From positions 1,674,001 through 1,738,000 of the forward strand of contig JBLDXI010000028.1 of assembly GCA_047495785.1 (NCBI GenBank): a stretch of DNA of 64,000 bases, read 5' to 3'. The position numbers and the translations under genes were made by a program. Shown here piece after piece: positions 22,480 through 31,914 of the stretch; the stretch's first letter is position 1, and each line of letters starts with the position of its first letter. The DNA comes from Lepidodermella squamata (taxonomy: Eukaryota > Animalia > Gastrotricha). Below the pieces are notes generated by a model that was not told the origin of the DNA, ran no database searches, and saw only the letters and a program-made list of their open reading frames with translations.

Positions 22480-22834
22480 TCAATTAGGCAAGCATTTGAA
22501 GTCATTCAGTAAAGTAGCAGCCATGCGCCTCGCCCATAAATAGAACGCGCCTCGGTTGTTACAAATCAGCGGCGATTTATAAAGCGCTAGGCAAGCTTCG
22601 TATCGGCATGTGTGTTCATTGTTACGAATTTCTTTCGAGAGAACTCGCATCGAATCTAGATCGCCCTTTCTCATGGCATCGAATACTGACCCTGCAATTA
22701 CAGTCAGCTTTTCGTGTTTTGCTATATACAAATTAGATCGACTTACGTGCAATGTCCGTGGGCTTTTCTGAATTTGCTGTAGCTACCACTGCGGTTACCA
22801 TTATCAGTTGTAAGCATAAATTTGGCGCTTTCAT
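22480..22834 (-). CDS. Small secreted 4-Cys orphan protein B (2 exons, intron 22692-22746)
   Basis: MKAPNLCLQLIMVTAVVATA signal; GTAAGT...TTGCAG intron; same Cys spacing and RGAFYLWAR motif as protein A. Confidence 0.75.
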
Positions 22835-23274
22835 TTTAAGAGGGAATTCCGCAAAGAATATCCAAAATTAATAAAAACAGGATTTTATGATCTTTTAATC
22901 ATTTAAATAGCCGTATTTTGGCCGAGACAAGAGGGACTTGACGGCGCGTTTTTGTAACACCTACGCTCGGCTAAAAATAATCGATCGCTGGACACAACTG
23001 ATAGCTGATTGATGACGTGTGTCATATCAATTACGAATTCAAATAAACTCATTGATGGAAAATTTGATTAATAAATCGCGGCATAATAAGTGCGTGTAGG
23101 TCAGAATGTCAAAAACATCATATACGACCCGATAATTAACCATGACAAAAACAGCCGGGAAAGGCTAAGGATTCGAAAAGTAAAGAGACTTTCTTTATTT
23201 CTTCTATTTTCAATTTTCGAATTCTCGGAAGGCAGCATTTATCAACTTTAGTCATAATTTGCTGACGCGGCAAC

Positions 23275-25143
23275 TTAAGATACGTGACAGCCATCACGTC
23301 TGCAGTTTTTGCTGGCATGGTCAGCTGATAACTGCAGACATACTTCCCGTATCAAGTCTTCAATAGCTTCCTTTTGATTTGATGCGGCAATGGAATGACC
23401 TTCGTCTCCATTTAAAATGTGCTTCAACCAGCCGGCTGGCTTGAATCTGAAAAGATTGCACGTAAATGAATCGAGAGGCTAAAGTAAGTCTTAACAGACC
23501 CTGCCTGAACGCATATCGGTACAATCTGCTTGCCAGCATCCGCGGCCATCGATGCTGAGGAAAATTGAAAATCAGGAGAATCAAACCCAAATTTTGATTT
23601 TGATTTGAGTGGCTCACCTTCTCTTCTACAGTTTGCACTCTTGAAGTATTCTTCTGAGTAGAAAATCAAAACAACCCGAGCGCCTCCGATGCCTTTCGCC
23701 ATACCTTCGTAGACATCGCTAAACTCGGTTTCCTCGTCAAACCAGGTCTTCTCCAAACCCTGGTCTTTCATCTTGTCATGTATTGACTTGATCAAGTCCT
23801 TTTGACGCCAATTGAAACTCAAATAGACGTGATTACCTGTTGGAACACCCGCGGCACCAAGGGTGAAGTAATTGTCCCAGCAATTCACTATGTTCACCTG
23901 CCGCTTTGCACCTAGCTGAATTTGCTTGTTCTTACCCTTCTTCACCAAATCTTGAAGCGCCGAGATACATTTCGCCCGGATCAAGTCTTTGCCCTCTTGT
24001 TTCAAGCAGAGTTGCTCGACTAAACGAAGCCCTTGAAGTTGCTCCTTCTCAGAAGATTCCAGCGCTAGAAGCTTGTTTATAATCGCATCGATCGTCTTAT
24101 TTGTGATTATCAAAGCTTTGTAATGGTCATCGTTAGCTAGCGAGACAATGGCTTCAGCTAGGGCGTCCAAGGTTACCCCTCTCGACATCGAAATCCCGCT
24201 GAAAGCAGCGCCGTAAGTTGCAGAAATGATGGAGTCCAAAAGTTTATTGGTGACAATTTTCAGGCAGCGCTCAGCATGAGCAATGCATATAGCTGAGGAG
24301 CATCGAACAAAATCGTTGCCTTTGTACTCGGCGCACTTCTGGAAGGTCGCCATTTCATCATCGAGGTCAATGAAGGCTTGTACCAGGGCTGGTACTCTGA
24401 TCAGATTGAGACACAAGGCCAAAGATAGTTTTAGGAATTCTTCAGGCTTCGGTTTCTATGAGTCAAAGTTGAAAAACGGAGGCTTTTATGCTCTAAAACT
24501 CACGTTTAAGCATTCAGACAAGGCAAGCGGACGGCCAAGGAAGCATATAAGAGTCTGAATGACATTTTGATTTGCAAGGGCCTAAAAGAACCAAACTCAA
24601 TGGTGCCGATTAATGACCGAAAACTCTTACCTTGCATAAGCTTTCAGAGGCCTGAGTGAAATTCACTAGCGATCCAAAGAGCTCTTTTGCAAATAATTCA
24701 GTCTTAGGATCCGAGTTTAGCCCTTTCTCGATAGATCTCCTCAAGAGCAGTGCAGATACCTCTGGATAGCAGCGAAATTTCTATAATAATCGTGACAGTT
24801 TTACTGTGGTTTACTTACCAGCGTACTCGCATATAGCTAGGGTTTCGGCAGTCTCTTTTATCCAGTCAGGCTTCTTCTGCCATTCCAATGACGACAGGTA
24901 GATCAAATGATTGGCCTGCGCGCACAAACCAGTCGTGAAGTCTTCATTCGGATCGTCCAAAACCATTCCGAGAAAAGAAACTCTCGCCAATACGGCGGAC
25001 TTGATAATCTCGATGGATTTTATCGACTCATTGGGTGGGAGGATGGACTGGGCTTCTTTTAACGCAGGGTCTGGTTCGGCACCAACGACTTCTTTCCGGT
25101 CCTTCATCGCTTTGTAGATATCCAAATCGTTCTTATCAACCAT
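23275..25143 (-). CDS. Multi-exon helical/ARM-like + TIR (TIR_2-type) domain protein
   Basis: HVYLSFNW...TWFD...MAKGI...VLIFYSEEYFKSANCRRE|ASMA...IVPI...FKPAGWL after splicing; N-terminal start and exon limits approximate. Confidence 0.75.
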
Positions 25144-25480
25144 TTTTTCGCGCCACACTACAAGATTTTGTTATTCGGTACAAGATTTCTGAAAGGCTTC
25201 TGTATTGCAATGACGCCTTTCACCTCGGATGTGGCAGCGGAAAAATCATAGCTTTTCCTTTCATGTTTTCATGTAGGTCAAACACATCAATAGGGGCTAA
25301 TGAAAGGAAGGATTTGAGCCCGCTGAACTATTTTTTTACGCACAGACTTATTGATCGGTCCAAGGCACGAACAAAAAATTCATGATACGCATTGGTTTAG
25401 CAGAAAAACACACCAGCCACCGGTATCTTTCTCATCTCATTGCATATGAATGATAATGGTTTATTCATGAGTAAAAAAGA

Positions 25481-26614
25481 TCATTCATTTAGCCTTGCAA
25501 AAGCACCGATTATAATATAAAGGTAAGCGCAAGCGCCTGTACAGAAGAAAATTGCATCCAAAACTCGACCACGCGATATTGCGAACTTTCGTCTCACAAT
25601 TACGTCCTGAGATAGAAAGTTCCGCCAAGATTTGTCCGCACTTGCGACTAACAGGGTGTAAGCTGTACACCCCCATGCGAAAATAAAACATTGGCTCATG
25701 AATATACCAAGAAAGGTTTTCTGAGGTTTCTGGGGCAGCTTATCAACGCTGTAACCTTGCAAGAACGTCAAAGCTACAACGATTGTGACCGTGAAGGTAG
25801 CTCGATCGGTGATAGAAGGGTCTAATATAGCCAGTAATTCAAGAGTTGTCAACCAGCATATCGGTTCCATGACGTAAGTTACGTAGAAAGAAGGATTCCG
25901 CCGGATTCTTACTGTAAAAACAGCCGCGCTTCGACTTCCATCTGTTTCAATGAAAGTAGTAAAATTTGCGAAATCTACAGCAATCCACGAGCTCTTTGAA
26001 GCATCCGTGGCAAAGGGCTTCAGAACCATCCCGTCTGAAGTAAATTGGGCTGCAACAATGCTTTCGTTGAGAATGAAAATGAAGGAGCAATTTTGATCAT
26101 CCACAGGGAACTTCGTGAACTCCATGTCGCAAGTTGTTTCAAAAGTGCCAGAAATTCTAATTTGGAATTTGTTTGTATCAGGTTCGAGGCGACATTGGAA
26201 CTTTGTCGAGAAAGAACTGACTAGGCCAGGGTCGAGTGCCGAGTTGAAATGGCTGACTGACGGGCGCCAAAATAGATGTTCCTCTGGGTAGAATTTGATC
26301 TTGTTTTTTGAATGGAAATTAGGACAAGGAACGCGCCAAGTTAGCTGTAACACCCCGCGAACTGATAAAGTTTGCGAGTGATCATCGATCAGGCCCAGCG
26401 ATTGCATGTACAACTCAGGCTCGATGTAGGTGATGTTACATATTGCACCATTGTGCTGCCCCTCAGCGCACGTCGGAGAGTAGGATTCTGCAGAGAATGT
26501 GGGACATTTGTCGAGAAATTCTCCGCTTTTATCTCGGCCGAGAACATTGCCGAGAACATTGAGAGTAACTGCTATACAAATCCACGACGCTTTCATTAGA
26601 AATGTTAAGCTCAT
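25481..26614 (-). CDS. Divergent Cys-loop LGIC subunit, copy 9
   Basis: Cys-loop CDMEFTKFPVDDQNC; TDRATFTVTIVVA. Confidence 0.93.
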   Translation of the reverse strand: MSLTFLMKASWICIAVTLNVLGNVLGRDKSGEFLDKCPTFSAESYSPTCAEGQHNGAICNITYIEPELYMQSLGLIDDHSQTLSVRGVLQLTWRVPCPNFHSKNKIKFYPEEHLFWRPSVSHFNSALDPGLVSSFSTKFQCRLEPDTNKFQIRISGTFETTCDMEFTKFPVDDQNCSFIFILNESIVAAQFTSDGMVLKPFATDASKSSWIAVDFANFTTFIETDGSRSAAVFTVRIRRNPSFYVTYVMEPICWLTTLELLAILDPSITDRATFTVTIVVALTFLQGYSVDKLPQKPQKTFLGIFMSQCFIFAWGCTAYTLLVASADKSWRNFLSQDVIVRRKFAISRGRVLDAIFFCTGACAYLYIIIGAFARLNE

Positions 26615-26781
26615 GTCCTTATTTTACTTGGGTTAAATGGATAATTAAAAATAACTGCTATTTGCTCAGTATTGATCGGAAAAAAGCACTACGTCAATGA
26701 AAAACTCATCGAAAAACATAGTTTACATTTACTCACGCAGTTTGAACAGACTGGTAGAGAACATCAGTCTAGGGCCTGTCG

Positions 26782-27891
26782 TCAATTATGTATATTGATG
26801 AAAGCATCACCGATTATGAAGGTAAATACAGTTGCTCCAATCAGAAAAAAGATTCCATCCAATATTCGATATCTCGAAATCTTCAATTTCCCGATAAGGC
26901 TAATTTTTTTGGTCATCCAATCGCCCCAAGCTTTGTGAGCACTCGCAACGAGCAAAGTGTAGGCCGTGCATGACCATGCAATTAAGGCGCATCGATTCAT
27001 AAAAACTCCCAAGAAATTTCTCTGCGGCATTTGAGGCAGATTGTTGAAACTGTAGCCTTGCAGGAAGGTCAATGCTACTACAATTGAGACGGTAAAACCA
27101 GATCTGTCGGTAACGGAAGGATCTAGTATAGCGAGTAATTCCAGCGCTGTTAACCAGATGATAGGCTCCATGAAATTGATGACGTAAAACGAGGGATTTC
27201 GACGCATTTTAATTGTGAAAATTGCCGCACTTCTACTGCTATCGGTGTCGTAGACAGTGGTTTCATTCATGTAATCAGTAACTATCCATGTATCGGTAAT
27301 CGGGTCAGTTTTGAACACCTTAAAGGTCATTCCCTCAGGTGTGAACTGGGCTGATTTTGGGTTCTCATTCATGGAGAAAATGAACCTACAGGTTTGTTCA
27401 TCGACAGGGAATCTTGCGAAATCCATCTGACACGTAGCTATGAATAGTCCAGAAATACGCGTCTGAAATTTGATGATATCTGGCTGAATGTTGCATTGAA
27501 ATTTGGTCGCAAATCCATTTTCCAGTCCTAAATCTTGAGCTCCGTTTATGAGATAAACAGTCGGGCGCCAGAATAAGCTAGGATCAGGGAACAGCCGCTC
27601 CCGTGTTTTATGCGTGGCATTTTCAATCGGAAATCGCCAGGTGAGTTGCATGACACCTCTTACTGACATAGTTTGCATGTAATCGTCGACCAAACCAAGA
27701 GATAGCATGAAAAACTCTGGCTCCACGTAAGTTACCTCGCATTTTGCCCCTTCGATAGCCTGTCCTTCCGGACATGATGGTGAGTACGACTCTGAAGAGA
27801 AGAAAGGATAAGTTTCCAGTAACTTCTCACCCCTACTACGGCTAATAGCAGTCGCGGAGTTGAAAAGCAAAAAAATCACAATCAATTTCAT
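26782..27891 (-). CDS. Divergent Cys-loop LGIC subunit, copy 10
   Basis: ATG MKLIVIF; Cys-loop CQMDFARFPVDEQTC; sister of copy 9. Confidence 0.93.
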   Translation of the reverse strand: MKLIVIFLLFNSATAISRSRGEKLLETYPFFSSESYSPSCPEGQAIEGAKCEVTYVEPEFFMLSLGLVDDYMQTMSVRGVMQLTWRFPIENATHKTRERLFPDPSLFWRPTVYLINGAQDLGLENGFATKFQCNIQPDIIKFQTRISGLFIATCQMDFARFPVDEQTCRFIFSMNENPKSAQFTPEGMTFKVFKTDPITDTWIVTDYMNETTVYDTDSSRSAAIFTIKMRRNPSFYVINFMEPIIWLTALELLAILDPSVTDRSGFTVSIVVALTFLQGYSFNNLPQMPQRNFLGVFMNRCALIAWSCTAYTLLVASAHKAWGDWMTKKISLIGKLKISRYRILDGIFFLIGATVFTFIIGDAFINIHN

Positions 27892-28213
27892 TTTGATATT
27901 TGGTCGTTTGAATCGGAGCTGTGAATCTATTCGAACTTCATCGAACAGTAGAAACAAATTGAGCTTTTAATATCCGGTTTTAAGGCCGCGCTTTGTTTAC
28001 AATCGATAAAAATCTTCATAAAATTCTCTTCTGTTTTTTGAACAGGTAAGCGCTTCTGATACGCAGGCAACCTGAGATATGCAATAAATCTGAGATTTAC
28101 AAATAGGTAACCTCAAATAAATGTTCGACTTGTCAAAGCCCTAAACGCGTCGTCGTTGTTTTATTTTTGTTATTAGACGCTTGCTCAAGCTCTATCAAGG
28201 AAAATTCGATAGA

Positions 28214-29425
28214 TTAAATATAATTTGCAGACTTGGCGGTATAAACAGCATAAAGATTTATAGCTCCAAAGCTAAGTAACGCTAGGGCGAATGCGAACAG
28301 GTCCATGACTCGACTCCTTGAAAGTGATGAAACAAATCTCCTCTTTCCGAGAGGAATAGTGATGAACACACTGACACTAAACCAAATCCGAAATTGTGAC
28401 TTTACAGCCGCACAGCTTGCCAACGAATAAATTGTGCAGATCCAAGATAAAGCGGAACACATATCGGTGTAGTTGATCATGAAAAAGCGCTGAGGCTTCA
28501 CAGGCACTCTCTCCAAGATTTCACCCTGCATAAAAGTTAGCGCCAGAAGAATCGTTACAGCAAAGGCCGGTCGGTCTGACATACTTGGAAGAAGAAGGAA
28601 AGACCCTAATTCTAAGCTAGTCAACAAACAGCAAGGAATTGCAAGGGAGTAAAGATAGAAATCAGGCTTTCGGGTGAAAGTGAACGAGAATGTCGCGTAA
28701 GATCGATTCCCTTTGTTCATTTCCAGCAGGCCAGTTTTCGACTTTAGACTTGTGAATGCCCAGCTGACTCCACGGGGCATGAAATCTGCAAGAATCTTTG
28801 GCTTTTGACTAATCGCAAAATTCGCACCCTGATCGTTTTCTTGCAGGATTAAATCAATTGAAAGAACTTGTTTGTCGAAAGGGAAGATTGAGAAGTCCAT
28901 TTTTGATGTCGATGTAAAAACGCCGTAATTTTGCCAGACAAACCTAACTCGGCTGTCATTTGCTTTGGCAATCTTTACGTAGAACCGTTCGGTGAAACCT
29001 TCTCTGAGACCAAAGTTTTCTCTTGCGTTCTTGTGGGATACATGAGGCCGCCAAAATAATGTCGCATCCACATTGAATTGCATATCATCGTAGGGTAGCT
29101 GGAAATTCTCGCAAACTACCAGCCACCAAAGCCGGATTGAGCCGGCAATGCTGAAAGTCTCAGTGATGTCGTCTATCTCTAAGAATCGCTCCGGGAACAA
29201 AGAAATTTCAATTTTCGTTGGGAGACACATGCTGTCCTCGTCTTCGTGGAAAACATGGTTGATTCGACCGTCGGTGCAAGTTGGCGAGTACGACTCGAAA
29301 GATACCTTCTCGGTGCAGTTGTCCAGCAGTTCTTCGGTCCGGGCACCATATGGCCTAAACGCTGTGGTGAAAGGCATTATACAGCAGAGAAGTGTTATGA
29401 TTCGCATTATTTTGCAGTTTCTCAT
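28214..29425 (-). CDS. Divergent pLGIC subunit lacking the Cys-loop cysteines, copy 11
   Basis: Loop reads SKMDFSIFPFDKQVL; otherwise collinear with the other copies. Confidence 0.92.
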   Translation of the reverse strand: MRNCKIMRIITLLCCIMPFTTAFRPYGARTEELLDNCTEKVSFESYSPTCTDGRINHVFHEDEDSMCLPTKIEISLFPERFLEIDDITETFSIAGSIRLWWLVVCENFQLPYDDMQFNVDATLFWRPHVSHKNARENFGLREGFTERFYVKIAKANDSRVRFVWQNYGVFTSTSKMDFSIFPFDKQVLSIDLILQENDQGANFAISQKPKILADFMPRGVSWAFTSLKSKTGLLEMNKGNRSYATFSFTFTRKPDFYLYSLAIPCCLLTSLELGSFLLLPSMSDRPAFAVTILLALTFMQGEILERVPVKPQRFFMINYTDMCSALSWICTIYSLASCAAVKSQFRIWFSVSVFITIPLGKRRFVSSLSRSRVMDLFAFALALLSFGAINLYAVYTAKSANYI

Positions 29426-29667
29426 CGAAACAGCTCGCTGGTCTTAAAATGATGGGATGGCCTTATTTTTTTAGGTTTTTGTCCATTTATCCTATTATGG
29501 CGCATGTCATTGACAATCAATAATCATATTATGGCGTCTGAAACCGCCCCATTTTGAGGTCTCATGTATCTTTTGGGAATGGTAATTTTTCAGGCCAATG
29601 AAAAAAACATATTACCCGTCACCGCGACCTTGTTTTTTGTTAAATTTTAATAAGCTCGGATGTATCA

Positions 29668-30873
29668 TCATAAATAGTTAGCATAGATCGCAGTATGAAG
29701 AGCATACAAATTGATCGCTAAGAAACAGCAAGTAGCAATTAGGAAAGCAATTAAGTCCATAACGCGGCTTCGAGCCACCGCGACAACAGCTTTGTATTTC
29801 CCGAGCGGAATCGTGCAGGAAATGCTTCGGCCGAACCATGTCTTCCAATGCGATTTAACCGCAGCGCAACTCGCCAGGGAATAAATTGTACAAACCCAGG
29901 ATAATGCAGAACACATGTCGGTGTAATTGATTAGGAAAAAGCGTTGAGGTTTCGCAGGTACCCTCTCCAAAATCTCGCCCTGAAGAAATGTCAAGGCTAG
30001 GAGAATCGTTACAGCAAACGCCGGCCGATCAGCCATACTTGGCAGCAGAAGGAAAGCACCTAATTCCAAACTAGTCAGCAAGCAGCATGGCATAGCTAAG
30101 GAATAGATGTAAAAATCAGGTTTCCGATTGAATATCATAGAAAATGAAGCATAGCTCCTGTTTCCTTTGTTCATCTCAACCAGGCCAGTTTCCGCCTTGA
30201 GACTCAAAAACGACCAACTAACACCGGTTGGCATGAAATCTGGTAGAACCTTCGGCTGTTGGTTGATGACGAAATTCGCCCCTTGATCATTCTCCTGCAG
30301 GATCAAATCGATAGCTAAAACTTGCTGATCGAATGGGAATAGGGAGAAATCCATTTTTGTCGTCGAGGTGAACACGCCGTAGGTCTGCCAAACAAACCGA
30401 ACTCTATGATCGTTTGCCTTTGCGACTTTGACATAAAACCGTTCTGTGAAGCCTTCTTTCAGGCCAAAATTATCGACTGCGTTTTTGTGGGATACATGTG
30501 GCCTCCAGAAAACCGAATCCTCAACGTTAAATTGAGTGTCGTCATATGGCAGCTTGTAGTTCTCGCAGATAACAGGCCACCATAGCCTGATGGACCCTGA
30601 GATACTGAATGATTCAGCGATGTCATCTATTTCGAGGAATCGTTCAGGTAGTAGTAAAATTTCGACTTTAGTTGGAAGGCAAATGCTCTCCTCATCTGTA
30701 TGATGGACGTGGTTGATGCGACCGTCGACGCAGGTTGGTGAGTAAGACTCGAATGAAACTTTTTCAGTGCAATTCGCAAGTAAGCCTTCAGTTCTTGTGC
30801 CGAACGGCCGAGCAGCATATGCTGAAGTGTAGTACAGCGAAATGAAACTCAACAATCGGGTTATATACATCAT
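29668..30873 (-). CDS. Divergent pLGIC subunit lacking the Cys-loop cysteines, copy 12
   Basis: Loop reads TKMDFSLFPFDQQVL; close paralogue of copy 11. Confidence 0.92.
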   Translation of the reverse strand: MMYITRLLSFISLYYTSAYAARPFGTRTEGLLANCTEKVSFESYSPTCVDGRINHVHHTDEESICLPTKVEILLLPERFLEIDDIAESFSISGSIRLWWPVICENYKLPYDDTQFNVEDSVFWRPHVSHKNAVDNFGLKEGFTERFYVKVAKANDHRVRFVWQTYGVFTSTTKMDFSLFPFDQQVLAIDLILQENDQGANFVINQQPKVLPDFMPTGVSWSFLSLKAETGLVEMNKGNRSYASFSMIFNRKPDFYIYSLAMPCCLLTSLELGAFLLLPSMADRPAFAVTILLALTFLQGEILERVPAKPQRFFLINYTDMCSALSWVCTIYSLASCAAVKSHWKTWFGRSISCTIPLGKYKAVVAVARSRVMDLIAFLIATCCFLAINLYALHTAIYANYL

Positions 30874-31914
30874 GGTTATGTTTATCGATGAATATTGTAT
30901 GAATCTCTCTCCGTGCAATTGTCTTTAAGCTTTGCTTAACCCATTGTCCTGTTTATTCCGAAAATCGATAGTCCTTAATGTGAAATTTCCAATTTATCAT
31001 TGATCGCATCTCATTTCTCGAATTTTCTTGATTGGGTATGATGCTTCAGTGCTGATCTTGAATTTTCTCTGCAGGGAATATATGCAAAAAGTCATATGGC
31101 CTTGTGACGTATGCCAGTGATGTAGGCGTCTACAAAATCTTCAGTGCTTGCTTTTTGCTTTTATCTCCCATGACTGAACACAGAGTCTGTGTTTTTCAAT
31201 ACAATGAGATAAAAAACATATCATTCTTAAGATAGAAAAATCCTTTAAAAATAAACATCTCAACTACCATCATGAGATAGGATTGATCAGGATGAAAAAA
31301 ATGATAGTCAGGAGCGGAAAAATGTGTCTTGATTTAATCACGTTAACAGCAAAACAACTGAACCTATTTGTGAAATTGCTCACCAAGATATTTTGTCGGG
31401 AGACGTCCTCAGTCTGCTTCGCCTTACTATAGTGAAACGCACTTATGAGTTGGCTTGTACAGGCAAGGCTTCAATGGAATGGGGGTCAGGAAATAGGGCC
31501 AAAAATCTAGTGACGCTGCGATTTTTTTTATAACCATAACAACTTCAATGAAGCGAAGAAATCGCCCGTCCAGAATGCGATATCTTACTTTGCCGCACAC
31601 CAGCCGGTAATAACGTTATGTGCTCTATTACATCGATTCGCCAAAAAAATAGCAAAACAAGTCCTAGTTTAAATTGGCTACATATACAAAAAACTGATGG
31701 AATATCCTCAATGTAAAAAATTATGCATCCACGCTGTGCACCTAATCCAAACTTCCGGTCCTAAAAAAGCTACCCAATCGAGGTGTTGCTAGGAAATTTC
31801 ACAGGATGCGCATCGGCGCGTGTAGTCAAATTTCCCTCATGGCGTAGCGAATTTAACACCTTTAGACTGCTGACATTTTTTTTACAAGCTCACCGCAATC
31901 TCTGTAATTTAGGC

